A DNA stretch of 64,000 bases from the NCBI GenBank assembly GCA_041690135.1, contig JAWLHY010000005.1, positions 32,001-96,000 on the forward strand, read 5' to 3'. This stretch comes from Armatimonadota bacterium (GTDB lineage: Bacteria; Armatimonadota; SYMT01). Positions 29,212 to 39,527 of the stretch are shown piece by piece; position 1 is the stretch's first letter; each line of letters begins with the position of its first letter. The position numbers and the translations under genes were made by a program. The notes beneath the pieces were generated by a model. It had not been told where the DNA came from. It saw only the letters and a list, made by a program, of their open reading frames with translations, and did no database searches.

Positions 29212-30717
29212 ATGAGTGAAGCAACCAACCGGCCGGTGCGGACGCGGTTCGCACCCAGTCCCACCGGCCTGCCCCATATCGGAAATATCCGGACAGCTCT
29301 CTACAGCTGGCTTTTTGCCCGCCACCATGGCGGGCAGTTCGTCTTTCGGCTGGAAGATACGGACCGCGAACGGTACGACTCCCAGGCGGAAGAGGCTCTC
29401 TACAGCGCGTTCCGATGGCTCGGCCTGGATTATGATGAAGGTCCGAACATCGGCGGGCCGTATGGTCCCTATGTCCAGTCCGAACGGCTTCACCATTACC
29501 GGGAAGCGGCGGACCGGCTCATCGCCTCCGGGCATGCTTACAAGTGCTGGTGCAGCCGCGAGCGTATAGCCGAAGTGCGGGAGGCCCGGCAGAAGGCGAA
29601 TATCCATCCCCATGGCTATGACCGGCACTGCCGCGGCTTGAGCGAGGATGAGCGGCGCCGGCACGAAGAGTCCGGCGCGCCTTACGTGGTCCGCTTCGCC
29701 ATTCCGCTCGAGGGAGAGACCTCGTTCGAGGACGCAGTCCGTGGCCGGGTCACTTACCAGAACCGCGAGCTGGACGACCACGTGATCCTGAAGAGCGATG
29801 GGTTCCCCACCTATCAGCTCGCCAACGTGGTGGACGATCACCTGATGGCGATCACCCACGTTATCCGTTCCGAGGAGTGGATCCCGAGTACACCCCGCCA
29901 CGTGCTGGAGTATCAGGCCCTGGGTTGGGAGCCGCCGGTGTTTGCCCATCCGTCCCTCATCATGGGGCGCGACCCCAAGTCGGGTAAGGTGGTCAAGCTC
30001 AGCAAGCGGCATGGGGCGGTTTTCGTGGGCGAGTACGCGGACCAGGGTTTCTTGCCGGAGGCGCTGCTCAATTTCATTGCCCTGCTCGGCTGGGCTCCCG
30101 GCGGCGACCGCGAACTGATGAGCCGCGAGGAACTGGTGGAGCTCTTCTCGCTCGGCGGGCTCAGCAGTAGTCCCTCCGTGTTCGACTACGACAAGCTCCT
30201 CTGGATGAACGGCGTCTACCTTCGGCAGCTCAGCCGGGAGGAGCTGGTTGAGCGGGTCCTCCCCTATCTGCAGCAGGCGGGCTTGGTAGGTCAGGAACCG
30301 ACCGATGAAGAACTGGCTTATGTGACCCAGGTCCTGGCTCTCGAACAAGAGCGCCTGAAGACCCTGACCGAGGCCCCGGCCCTGACCGATTTCTTCTTCC
30401 AGGAGGAGCTAGCGTACGACGAAGCGGCGGTCAACAAGTGGCTGCGTCGTCCCTCGGCCGCCGGAGTGCTCGACGAGGTCATTTCGGGTCTCGAAACGCT
30501 CACTGACTGGAACCTGGAAGGGGTGGAGCGCGTGGTCCGAGGGGTGATTGAAAGCCGGGGCGTCAAGCCGGGTGAAGTCATCCACCCTACTCGCGTCGCC
30601 GCCACCGGCCGCACCGTGGGGCCAGGCCTTTTTGAGGCGCTGTGGGTGCTGGGTCGCGAGCGGGTGCTGCGACGTCTGCGCCATGCCCGCGAAACCTACG
30701 CGAGCACAGGAGAATAG
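29212..30717 (+). CDS. gltX: Glutamate--tRNA ligase
   Basis: RFAPSPTGLPHIGN, RLEDTD, ANVVDDHLM, KLSKRHG, anticodon-binding domain. Confidence 0.96.
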   Translation: MSEATNRPVRTRFAPSPTGLPHIGNIRTALYSWLFARHHGGQFVFRLEDTDRERYDSQAEEALYSAFRWLGLDYDEGPNIGGPYGPYVQSERLHHYREAADRLIASGHAYKCWCSRERIAEVREARQKANIHPHGYDRHCRGLSEDERRRHEESGAPYVVRFAIPLEGETSFEDAVRGRVTYQNRELDDHVILKSDGFPTYQLANVVDDHLMAITHVIRSEEWIPSTPRHVLEYQALGWEPPVFAHPSLIMGRDPKSGKVVKLSKRHGAVFVGEYADQGFLPEALLNFIALLGWAPGGDRELMSREELVELFSLGGLSSSPSVFDYDKLLWMNGVYLRQLSREELVERVLPYLQQAGLVGQEPTDEELAYVTQVLALEQERLKTLTEAPALTDFFFQEELAYDEAAVNKWLRRPSAAGVLDEVISGLETLTDWNLEGVERVVRGVIESRGVKPGEVIHPTRVAATGRTVGPGLFEALWVLGRERVLRRLRHARETYASTGE

Positions 30718-30719
30718 CC

Positions 30720-31436
30720 GTGCCGATTATCGATGCACACACACTGGTGGGAGCCTGGCCGCAGGCGGAAGTCGACCTTTCCCTAGAAGCCCTGGCTGCC
30801 GGGATGCAGTCGCGAGGGATCGGCCGTAGCCTGGTGACCCACGCCTCCGCCATGTTTTACGACATGGTCCAGGGCAACGATGAGCTCGTCAGGCTGTGTG
30901 GCCAGCACGAGCCGTTGGAGCCGGTGGCCGTACTGAACCCGCTTCAGTATCCGGCCTGCCTGGAAGAAGCTGATCGGCGTCGATCCGCTGGAGTGAAAGT
31001 CTTCCGGCTCTGCCCGCGGGAGCACGGTTATCCTTTCGCCGGGACGGTAGGGCCGCTTCGGGAGCTCTTGCGGCGGCTGGAGGGAACCAGGTTGCTGTTG
31101 GTGGACCTGGTAGGCCTGCCGGTGCCCCAGTTGGGTGCGGAAATGGAAGAGTTGCTTCCCGCTCCCACGGCGTTCACGGTGGAAAGCGATGCGTTGGGTC
31201 TCATCTTCCATGCCGCGAAGGAAGGCCCGAATGTGTGGGTGGAGACGTCGCGCCTGCAGGCGGGTGGGGCGATTGAGGCCGCCGTCCGGCACCTGGGAGC
31301 GGAGAGGGTCATCTTCGGTTCCGGCGCGCCCCTGCGTTCGCTGGGCGCCGCGATTACCACGCTACAGTTCGCGGAACTACCAGACGCCGACCGCGCCGCA
31401 ATCTTCGAGGGCAACGTCCAGCGCGTGCTGGCGTAG
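30720..31436 (+). CDS. Amidohydrolase-fold protein (Amidohydro_2-like, degenerate)
   Basis: IIDAHT, NVWVETS, GAERVIFGSGAP, AIFEGNVQRVL. Confidence 0.75.
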   Translation: MPIIDAHTLVGAWPQAEVDLSLEALAAGMQSRGIGRSLVTHASAMFYDMVQGNDELVRLCGQHEPLEPVAVLNPLQYPACLEEADRRRSAGVKVFRLCPREHGYPFAGTVGPLRELLRRLEGTRLLLVDLVGLPVPQLGAEMEELLPAPTAFTVESDALGLIFHAAKEGPNVWVETSRLQAGGAIEAAVRHLGAERVIFGSGAPLRSLGAAITTLQFAELPDADRAAIFEGNVQRVLA

Positions 31437-31447
31437 GAGAATAGCCG

Positions 31448-32185
31448 ATGCCGGGAGTGGATATCCTGATGCAGTTGGGCGCTTCGCCCTGGATGGACGT
31501 GGATGCCGCGCGGGTCCAGCGGGTGATGCAGCGAGCCCGCTTCGACCTGGTGGGTGTCGCCTCCCGGCGGGCGCTTGCCGGAGACATCGCGGCGGGAAAT
31601 GCCGAGACGAAGGGTCTACTGTCTTCCGTTCCGCAGGCGCGCGGTTGGGTGGTGGTGAACCCCACGTATCCTGAGCGGTCTGCCGAGGAGATGCGCCGGC
31701 ATCTCTCCAGTTCGCGCTGGCTGGGGGCGGTCATTCACCCGGGGATTGCCCGGGAGATGCTCACGTCGGCCTCCACACGGGAAGTGCTCAATGCCTATCG
31801 TCGTTATACGCGGCCGCTTTTGGTTCACATCCCCAATGGTGCGGCGGTTCGAGACTTGGAGGTTCTGGCGGCAGAATTCACGACCCTCAAGTTCATCGCC
31901 GCAGGCGCGGGTGGTGATGACTGGCAGGACTGCATGTACGCCGCGAAACGCTACGTGAACATCCACCTGGAACCTTTGTCGGGAGGCTCGCACCGCGGCA
32001 AGTTGGAGACCATTCTCCAGGTATTAGGGCCCAACCGGGTCCTGTTTGCCAGCAACTACCCGGAGTTCAACCCGGGGGCTTCGCTGGGTCTCTTGATGGA
32101 GGCAAAAATTAGCGACGGCGAGAAGCAGAATATTCTGACGAACAATGCCGTGCGCTTGTTTGGGCTTACTCGCGGCGAGGAGTGA
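31448..32185 (+). CDS. Amidohydrolase-fold protein (Amidohydro_2-like, degenerate)
   Basis: VVVNP, IHP, LLVH, GPNRVLFASNYP, ILTNNAVRLFGL. Confidence 0.75.
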   Translation: MPGVDILMQLGASPWMDVDAARVQRVMQRARFDLVGVASRRALAGDIAAGNAETKGLLSSVPQARGWVVVNPTYPERSAEEMRRHLSSSRWLGAVIHPGIAREMLTSASTREVLNAYRRYTRPLLVHIPNGAAVRDLEVLAAEFTTLKFIAAGAGGDDWQDCMYAAKRYVNIHLEPLSGGSHRGKLETILQVLGPNRVLFASNYPEFNPGASLGLLMEAKISDGEKQNILTNNAVRLFGLTRGEE

Positions 32186-32226
32186 TCGGGTAGAACCTCG
32201 CTTCTAACCGCTGTTGCCAGTAAACG

Positions 32227-32270
32227 GAATGCCGATCCCATTCTGAGGTGGGATCGGCATTCATCTTTTC
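32227..32270 (+). terminator. Rho-independent terminator of the rimO-gltX operon
   Basis: gaatgccgatccca...tgggatcggcattc stem followed by atcttttc. Confidence 0.75.
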
Positions 32271-32399
32271 TGGCGGGCCACCCCTTGTGGTGGTTTCGCC
32301 ACGCCTCTCCCGGAGCGCGCATATAAGAAGCCGCCGATCGTGAAGTCCACCGGCGGGAACTGGGTGCTCAACTCCTCGCCGGGGATCCGGGAAGAGAGC

Positions 32400-32439
32400 A
32401 AAAAAGAGGCGCTACCGCAGACCCCTGCGGTAGCGCCTC
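32400..32439 (-). terminator. Rho-independent terminator of the SBBP/PEP-CTERM operon
   Basis: gaggcgctaccgcag/ctgcggtagcgcctc 15-bp stem followed by T6 on the minus strand. Confidence 0.85.
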
Positions 32440-32460
32440 AAGACACGGAGTAGTTGACTT

Positions 32461-32994
32461 CTAGCGGAGCCGGGTGAGGAGACCGGGCCGTCGCCGGATC
32501 ACAAGACCCAGCGCGAGGAGCCCCGCACCGAAAAGCGCAAAGCTACTGCCCTCCGGCACCACCGCTACGGAGAAGTTGACGCTATCCAACTCATTCTGAG
32601 CACCCTCATCCGATCCACCCAGAACGGTGAGGTTGCCGAGGAAGAACTGGTTCAGCGGTGCATTCCCCGTGGAGATTACATCGAACACCGCGCCGGACCA
32701 GGACGAGTTCGCCGCCAGTACCGTCGGGACGTTCGTGTAGAACTTCGTCGCATCCAGCGTGAAGTAGCTGTTGGGTGCGTGCAGGGAGAGCGAAGCTCCA
32801 TTGATATAGATCGCCCGAGGACCGTTGTTCTTGATCACGGCACTGAAGGTGATCCTGCTATTAGGCACATTGGGGGTAGCATACCCCTGTGCGTCATGCA
32901 GCGTGACGTGGAACGTGGGCTGTTGGGCCTGAACGATCATCGCGGGGTACAGCAGCATCAGCAACGCACCCAGCAGGAACATTTTCAGTTTCAT
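32461..32994 (-). CDS. PEP-CTERM sorting domain protein
   Basis: Signal peptide; C-terminal VPEGSSFALFGAGLLALGLVIRRR. Alternative start at 33012 overlaps the upstream stop. Confidence 0.85.
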   Translation of the reverse strand: MKLKMFLLGALLMLLYPAMIVQAQQPTFHVTLHDAQGYATPNVPNSRITFSAVIKNNGPRAIYINGASLSLHAPNSYFTLDATKFYTNVPTVLAANSSWSGAVFDVISTGNAPLNQFFLGNLTVLGGSDEGAQNELDSVNFSVAVVPEGSSFALFGAGLLALGLVIRRRPGLLTRLR

Positions 32995-33011
32995 CGTGCT
33001 TCTCTTAAGCA

Positions 33012-36000
33012 TCAGCGCGCCCTCCGAGTGACGACCTTCCCATTGCTGGGCCGCCGGGTCGGAAGCGTTCCCGTGTTAGGCATCCGGATGCGATGGGTGG
33101 CCGCGAAAGACGCTAGGCCGCCACCCGGATAAGTATACGTGCCCTGGATGTCGATCAGAGCCGAGTTCCCCGCGTTCCAAGCATTGTAGCCGGGATTGGG
33201 ATCGGTATTGGAGAACCGGTACTGAACCCGCCCTGTTTGATTGACCGCCAGCGTGCCCGGATACAGATTGGATCCCTGCGGGATGCCGAAGGTCTTTCCG
33301 CTGAACGAACCACTCGTGTACCGCTGCTTCCAGTCCTGGGTGACCGCGGACTTGCCGCCCGTTCCCCGGAACATGACAGTTCCGAACTGTACGTCACTGG
33401 CACTGGCTCCACCTGTGTTCTTGATGATCACGTGGGTGAAGAAGTCGGTGCTGTTGGATCGGAACGTCGTCGAGGTGATGGTGAACTTCGGGAACAACGG
33501 CGAGGTCAAGAAGGCCGGCGCCGTACCCTGCGCGGTCTGCGACAGGTCGGGAGTGGTGGACTCCACCTGCACGTAGTAGAGCGTGCCCGGGGTTAACGGA
33601 CTGTCCGTCGAAGGGTTCCCGAGCTGATCCGTCGTCGTGCCCAGGCTATCGCCGATCGTGATGCGATGGCTGAACACATTGCCGGAAGTGTCGCTTGAAA
33701 GTCCCGGATGCGGCTGGGTGACCTTCGTGTAAACCCCGGATGAGGTGCCATATCGGACGATCGAGGATGCCGGGCGGTTCGTCTGCCAGGTCACCACGGC
33801 GGTGGTGGCGGAAACCAGGGTCACGTCGACCTTGTAGATCTGCAGACCCGTCAGATCTCCAGGACACACCTTGGTGACGAAGCCATCCTCCGTGCCACCT
33901 CCAGGCGAAAGCTGGGGCCCGGCCACGGCCGGATAGGTTCCACCCTGGGTAACGCCGACCACGATTGGGCAATTGTCTCCGGTAGCCGCAATCCCGTAGC
34001 CCCGCTCGTGCATGTTGCCATCGATGAGCGTGGACACCAGCAGCGTGTTGGCACCGGACTGGTTGGTGTCGAGCTTGGCCGCAAACGCGGCTTCGTCGAT
34101 CGCGGTCTTCGTGTCGATCACGGAGTTGGCAATCGGGAATGGGATCGGGTCGGTGGTTAGAGAAACGGTGTAACCGGTTAACCACGCGACCCCAGGCATG
34201 GCCGGATCGAGCGAGATAGCCGCGGCCTCGTCGTGGCGCTGGCCGCCGAAGGCCGTAAAGTACTCCAACTGCACACGCCCAGTGACGCTGGTTGCCGGAT
34301 TTGAAGCGTCAAGCGGTTCGCCTAACCGGATCAGGAAGGCATCACCATTCCCCTGGCCTGTGGTTGCCAACCCGGCCACGGTAGGAGTATTCGTCGGGCT
34401 ACTCCCTGTGGAGTAAGGGTCGGATAACGTTGCCTTAGGAGTGGCTGCGAGCAATCCCGTGGCGTAAACGTCCCCGTTACTATCCACCGCGACTCCATAG
34501 CACTGCTCTTCCGCAAAGCCTCCAAAGAGCGTGGACCAACCAATGGTGAGGCTCTGCCCAATGGTGTCGTACTGCAGCTTCGTGATGTAAGCGTCGGCAC
34601 TGTTATCCGCGAACTTGGTCTGCAGGGAGCGACTCAGCGGGAAGTCCGCAGTTGAGTAGGTGTTGCCCACAGCGTACACGTTCAGGGTGCCTGCGACGCG
34701 CCGTACAGCCACAGCATCCGTCCCCTCGTTGAGGTTCCCTCCCAGATAGGTCGAGAACAGGAGTTGGGCGGTGGTTGGGCTTCCGAAAGTCAACTGCAGG
34801 CAGGAGACGAAGCCTTCCTGGTTGTTCCCCATGGTGTTGTCCACCGCATTGACCAGCGGGAAGGAGGTTGCCGGGGAAAAGGTTCGTCCGGTAATAACGA
34901 CGCGGTTCTGGTCGTCGAAGTCCAAGCCGCCGGCCCATTCGGACTGATTGCCGCCGAAGTAGGTCGAGTAAAGCAGGGAAGTTCCGTCGGCGCTGAGGAC
35001 GCTGAACCCGATGTCTTCGGTGCCGTTGAGCGAGGGCTTCGTGGAGAAGAGCGCGCCGGCGGTCGTCGGGTAGTTCGCCGAGTACGTCTCGCAAAGGAAG
35101 TAGAGACGTCCGCTGCTATCCCGCTTGAGGGCGGCACCTGGAATGGCTTTGCGGATGTCGGCGGCATTCCCACCGAAGAAAGTGCTGTAGATGACCCGAG
35201 CGCGAGTTTCGCCCGGAGTCGGCACGTTGGGCGGCGCGATTTTGGTGATAAACAGATCCCAGTCCCCACCATTGTAGGTGAGATCGTATCCCGTGGTGTA
35301 GCCGGGACCGCCGCTGTAAATCGGCGCGCCCGAAGGCGGAATGGCGGGAGTTACGGGGTAATCGCCGGAACGGGTGATGCCGATGACGTAGACATATCCG
35401 TCGTTGTCCACCACGACATCGTGAGCCTGATCAACGCTAACGCCGCCCAGGAAACCGGAGAAGCCGATCACCGGGGGATCGATCACCAGCGGACGGGTAG
35501 GATCGTAGCCGTCGACGTTGAAGCCGACCTGATTGTCCGGAAGAAGCGCGTAGCTACCCGCGACTTCCTGCCGCCGGCCGAAGACTTCCTGATAGATTAC
35601 CGGACGACCGTGCCGGAGTTCACCGCCGTCCACACTGGCTAGAAGATCGCCGTTGTCGTCAATCCGCAGAGACTTGGCGCCGTCGAACTGAAGGGTGATG
35701 TCGCCGGGAGAAACACCTGGGGCGACCTCGAAATCGTACTCGTAGTGCTGCTGGTTGCCGTAATAGACCAGGTCAACCCCTGGGTACACCTCTTTGTAGC
35801 GCACCTTCTGGTATACCGGGACGTTCGTGACATGCTTTGAAGGATCGTTACCCTTCAGGTAGTTAACACGAGTTTCCTGCTCGCCTTCGGTCTCGCAGAC
35901 GGCCTTCGGGTTTCCACCCACCACACGCATGCGGATATTGGCTTCCACCATATCCACATCCGGAACTCCGGGAAGCCTGCTGGCCTTCTTCGCCCCGGAT

Positions 36001-36284
36001 CGCTTGGGCGTGGGTGCCCACATCGAAATCCTGGCCTCGTCCGGACGGAGCTGCATCGTGTAGCTCTGTCCGTGGGCGGTGAACTGGACGTCGCGCGCGG
36101 CTTGCCCGCGGTTAGCCTCCAGCGTCATCGGCGCCTGGTTGAGTGCGAGCCCGACAGCCGAGTTGACACTGGTGGTCGGGTTCGGTTCAGTTAACCGACC
36201 GCTCTGGTCGGCAATGACGGTGCCAACCAGTAGCAAAGTGGGCAGCAACACTGCCGCTGGTCGGTGGGTATATCTCCGGATCAT
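33012..36284 (-). CDS. Secreted SBBP (beta-propeller) repeat protein with FN3/purple-acid-phosphatase-N-like domain
   Basis: LEANRGQ, VNYLKGND, EVYPGVDLVYYG...EYDF, YDPTRPLVIDP, repeated YSTYFGG/FSTYLGG; TAVVTWQTNRPASSIVRYGT; RBS GGAGG before ATG 36284. Confidence 0.88.
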   Translation of the reverse strand: MIRRYTHRPAAVLLPTLLLVGTVIADQSGRLTEPNPTTSVNSAVGLALNQAPMTLEANRGQAARDVQFTAHGQSYTMQLRPDEARISMWAPTPKRSGAKKASRLPGVPDVDMVEANIRMRVVGGNPKAVCETEGEQETRVNYLKGNDPSKHVTNVPVYQKVRYKEVYPGVDLVYYGNQQHYEYDFEVAPGVSPGDITLQFDGAKSLRIDDNGDLLASVDGGELRHGRPVIYQEVFGRRQEVAGSYALLPDNQVGFNVDGYDPTRPLVIDPPVIGFSGFLGGVSVDQAHDVVVDNDGYVYVIGITRSGDYPVTPAIPPSGAPIYSGGPGYTTGYDLTYNGGDWDLFITKIAPPNVPTPGETRARVIYSTFFGGNAADIRKAIPGAALKRDSSGRLYFLCETYSANYPTTAGALFSTKPSLNGTEDIGFSVLSADGTSLLYSTYFGGNQSEWAGGLDFDDQNRVVITGRTFSPATSFPLVNAVDNTMGNNQEGFVSCLQLTFGSPTTAQLLFSTYLGGNLNEGTDAVAVRRVAGTLNVYAVGNTYSTADFPLSRSLQTKFADNSADAYITKLQYDTIGQSLTIGWSTLFGGFAEEQCYGVAVDSNGDVYATGLLAATPKATLSDPYSTGSSPTNTPTVAGLATTGQGNGDAFLIRLGEPLDASNPATSVTGRVQLEYFTAFGGQRHDEAAAISLDPAMPGVAWLTGYTVSLTTDPIPFPIANSVIDTKTAIDEAAFAAKLDTNQSGANTLLVSTLIDGNMHERGYGIAATGDNCPIVVGVTQGGTYPAVAGPQLSPGGGTEDGFVTKVCPGDLTGLQIYKVDVTLVSATTAVVTWQTNRPASSIVRYGTSSGVYTKVTQPHPGLSSDTSGNVFSHRITIGDSLGTTTDQLGNPSTDSPLTPGTLYYVQVESTTPDLSQTAQGTAPAFLTSPLFPKFTITSTTFRSNSTDFFTHVIIKNTGGASASDVQFGTVMFRGTGGKSAVTQDWKQRYTSGSFSGKTFGIPQGSNLYPGTLAVNQTGRVQYRFSNTDPNPGYNAWNAGNSALIDIQGTYTYPGGGLASFAATHRIRMPNTGTLPTRRPSNGKVVTRRAR

Positions 36285-36734
36285 GTTCGGGACTTCCTCC
36301 GTGTCACTCCTAGCGTTAACTGAAATACCGCATACCCGGCTGATGTGCAGTGTCTTGACCACCGGGCAACCTGGGGGTTGCGTGGGTGGGGAGGTCTGTC
36401 AGCGCATTGAAAGCCGTTTGCAGGGTGCTCGGGTCTCCTTCGGCTCGGTTTCTTGTTCTCCGCCCAAGGGGCTCTGTCCTCCGGAGAAGGTGAGCGGGAC
36501 CGGTGTTAGCTTTCGATGTCGAGAGCCGGCCAGTCGTGTTGGGCGTGGTGGTAGCGATGGTGGTTTGGGAAGGGACGAGAAGGAACAGTTGGCCGAAAGG
36601 TGCGCCTTCCCGTCGTGCATCATGGAGCCGACTTCCGCATTGCGGCCGCGCCAGGTGCACGGGGCGCCGTACCGCGAGATTCCGATTTCGTAGATTCGAG
36701 GAGTGTCCAGGAGGTCTTTCCATTGGGTCATCGC

Positions 36735-39524
36735 ATGCTTCGAACTCCCGCCTTCTCATCGCTCGCTCTGCGAGCCCTCTCCTACTGCCTGTTGCTGGGC
36801 GGACTCCTGCTGTGGCCGGAGATTGGCCATGCCTCTCCGCGTCCGGCGCCGACCGTGGGAGTGGTGAAGCGCACGCTCCCCAACGGTCTGCGGGTGCTGG
36901 TCTTGCCCCGGCATACGGCCCCCGTGGTGACGACCATGCTGTGGTACCGGGTGGGATCCCGGGATGAGGTGCCCGGCAGCACCGGCATCGCGCACTTCCT
37001 CGAGCACCTCCTGTTCAAGGGGACGCGAAAGCTTCCGAAGGGTGAGATCGATCGCCTGACTTTTCGGCACGGGGGCTCCAACAACGCCTTCACCTTCAAT
37101 GATTACACCGCCTATGAATTTCACTTCCCGAAGCGGCACTGGAAGGTAGCGCTGCAGATCGAGGCGGACCGGATGCGGAACTGCGTGTTCGATCCCAAGG
37201 AGCTGGAATCGGAACGCCAGGTGGTGATGGAGGAGCGCCGGGAAGGGGAAGATGATCCGGTCCAGCAACTCGGGGAGCAGTTGAACGCCATGTCGTTCCT
37301 CTCTCATCCGTACCGGAATCCGGTGATCGGGTGGATGGAAGATCTGCGGCGGGTGACCCGGAACGAGATCATGGCTTTCTACCGGAAGTATTACGTCCCG
37401 GCAAATGCGACGCTGGTGGTAACCGGAGACGTAACGCCCGCGGAAGCAATGGTGGCGGTCCGGAGCGCGTTTATGATGGTGCCTGCGGCTCCCGCTCCCC
37501 GGCGATCCGCGGTGAAGGAGCCACCGCAGATTGGCGAGCGTCGGCTGACCCTGGCGCAGCCGACGCAGGTCTCCCGCCTCCAGGTGCTGCTGCCCTCCCC
37601 TACCCGGCCCGGTCCCGACGTCTACCCGCTCAACTTGCTGCTTTACGTGCTGACGGAAGGAAAGCAGAGCCGCCTTTACCGTCGCCTGGTGGATACCGAT
37701 CGGTTGGCGGTGGAGACGGACGGGGGCCTGGGAACCTACCGGGATGCCGGACAGATCTTCCTCTACGCTACCGCTGGGGAAGGGGTGCCGCTTGAGCGCC
37801 TGGAAACGGTCCTGTGGGAGGAATTACAGCGCGCTGCTCGGGAGCCCGTGACCCCCCAAGAATTGGAACGGGCGAAGAAACAGGCCTATTCCGATTGGAT
37901 TCACGGATTGGAAACGACGGGCGACCTGGCAAACGTGCTGGGGGAAGCGGACGCATTGGGCGGTTATCAGTACGTCGACGCGTGGCTGCCGGGGTTGCGC
38001 AAGGTGACGGCTGCCGATCTGCAGCGGGTCGCGGCCGCCTATCTCCGCCGGGAACGGGCCACGGTCGGCCATCTGATTCCGGATGGGAAGAAGACGGCGC
38101 GGGTAGGGACGGGTGGTCAACCGGGTGTTGTTGCCGCGGCTGGGCGAGGTCTACCCGAAGTGTGGCCGAGGTTGGGAACGAAGCGTCCGGTTCGATTGGC
38201 GGGGCAGTCGCAGTCCGGACCTGTATCCGCCGGACCTCCGGTTTCTTTCACGTCCCTCCGGCCGGTGGAGAAGGTCCTGCCCAACGGTTTGCGCCTGGTG
38301 TTGCTGGAGAACCACGTGCTGCCATCCGTGGTGCTTTCGGCCCGTGTGGATGCCGGTTCGTATCAGGACCCACCCTCGAAAGCTGGCCTGGCGGCGGTGG
38401 TGGGGGCGATGCTGGAAGAAGGGACCCATACGCAAAACCACGATCGGATCAGCGCGACTTTGGAGCAGGTAGGAGCATCTTTCGAAGCCTCTCCGGGCCG
38501 GACGAGCACCTACCTCAATCTACAGGTACTCAGTGATCACGCTCGTTCTTTGCTCCCCATCTTTGCCGAGATGGTGCGGAATCCGGCCTTTCCGACGGAT
38601 CGGCTGGAGTTGGTCCGCAGCCAGGTACTGTCGGGGATCCAGGAACAGCAGGACGACGCATCGGGGGTGGCGCGCCAGGCATTCAACGCCCTGGTTTATG
38701 GGGACCATCCGGCCGGGCGGCCGCACGACGGTACAGGGGCCTCCGTGCGCAGCTTGCAACCGGAGGACCTCCGGGGATTCCATGCCCGGCATTACCGGCC
38801 GGAGCGAACGACGCTGGTCGTGGTAGGCGATTTCCGCGCCGCAGAGTGGGTGCGGGAACTGGAAGCCGTGTTCGGCACGTGGGCTCGCGGTAGCAGTACG
38901 GGCGCCAGCAGGCTTCCTCCCGTCGAGCGCCAGCAGGATGTTCGCGTGCGCCGGATCCCCATGGCAAAGGCGCAGACGCAGATCGTGTTGGGTCACCTGG
39001 GCGTATCTCGCAAGAACCCCGACTACCTGGCACTCCGGGTTCTGGATACGATCCTGGGTGAAGGGGTCGGCGGCGGATTCACCGCACGAATCCCTTACCA
39101 ATTGCGGGATGTGCAGGGCCTGGCCTACGGGGTCGGAAGCAGCATCACCTCCACTGCAGGCGCGGGGCCCGGAGTATTCGTGGCCGTTCTCGGGACGGAA
39201 CCCGCCAGGGAGAAAGAAGCGATCACCGCACTCCTCAAGGAGATTCGTCGGATTCGGTCCGCGCCCGTTTCCACCACGGAACTCCGCGAGGCTATCGACT
39301 ACCTGATGTACAGCTATGTGTTTGCCTTCCAGACCAACGGCCAATTGGCGGAGTACCTGCATGCAGTACACTCCTACGGTCTCGGGTATGACTACCGGCA
39401 GAGGTTCTTACGTGAAGTGGCCAGGGTGACCCGAGAGGACGTGCAGCGAGTCGCCCGGAAATATCTGGATCCGAAACACTATTCGTTGGTGGTCGTCGGA
39501 CCAGGACAGTCCGAGGAGGAGTAA
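36735..39524 (+). CDS. M16 (pitrilysin) family zinc peptidase, two-domain fusion, exported
   Basis: Signal peptide; LPNGL twice; GIAHFLEHLLFKG (HxxEH) in first half only; LRDVQGLAY in second half. Confidence 0.92.
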   Translation: MLRTPAFSSLALRALSYCLLLGGLLLWPEIGHASPRPAPTVGVVKRTLPNGLRVLVLPRHTAPVVTTMLWYRVGSRDEVPGSTGIAHFLEHLLFKGTRKLPKGEIDRLTFRHGGSNNAFTFNDYTAYEFHFPKRHWKVALQIEADRMRNCVFDPKELESERQVVMEERREGEDDPVQQLGEQLNAMSFLSHPYRNPVIGWMEDLRRVTRNEIMAFYRKYYVPANATLVVTGDVTPAEAMVAVRSAFMMVPAAPAPRRSAVKEPPQIGERRLTLAQPTQVSRLQVLLPSPTRPGPDVYPLNLLLYVLTEGKQSRLYRRLVDTDRLAVETDGGLGTYRDAGQIFLYATAGEGVPLERLETVLWEELQRAAREPVTPQELERAKKQAYSDWIHGLETTGDLANVLGEADALGGYQYVDAWLPGLRKVTAADLQRVAAAYLRRERATVGHLIPDGKKTARVGTGGQPGVVAAAGRGLPEVWPRLGTKRPVRLAGQSQSGPVSAGPPVSFTSLRPVEKVLPNGLRLVLLENHVLPSVVLSARVDAGSYQDPPSKAGLAAVVGAMLEEGTHTQNHDRISATLEQVGASFEASPGRTSTYLNLQVLSDHARSLLPIFAEMVRNPAFPTDRLELVRSQVLSGIQEQQDDASGVARQAFNALVYGDHPAGRPHDGTGASVRSLQPEDLRGFHARHYRPERTTLVVVGDFRAAEWVRELEAVFGTWARGSSTGASRLPPVERQQDVRVRRIPMAKAQTQIVLGHLGVSRKNPDYLALRVLDTILGEGVGGGFTARIPYQLRDVQGLAYGVGSSITSTAGAGPGVFVAVLGTEPAREKEAITALLKEIRRIRSAPVSTTELREAIDYLMYSYVFAFQTNGQLAEYLHAVHSYGLGYDYRQRFLREVARVTREDVQRVARKYLDPKHYSLVVVGPGQSEEE

Positions 39525-39527
39525 CCG

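Noticed and set aside
26688-29264. 858-aa minus-strand ORF (and similar long antisense ORFs, e.g. 7644-9035, 29044-30348, 39753-41177, 57350-58588)
   Set aside because: Antisense shadows of well-supported genes in high-GC DNA; no recognisable motifs
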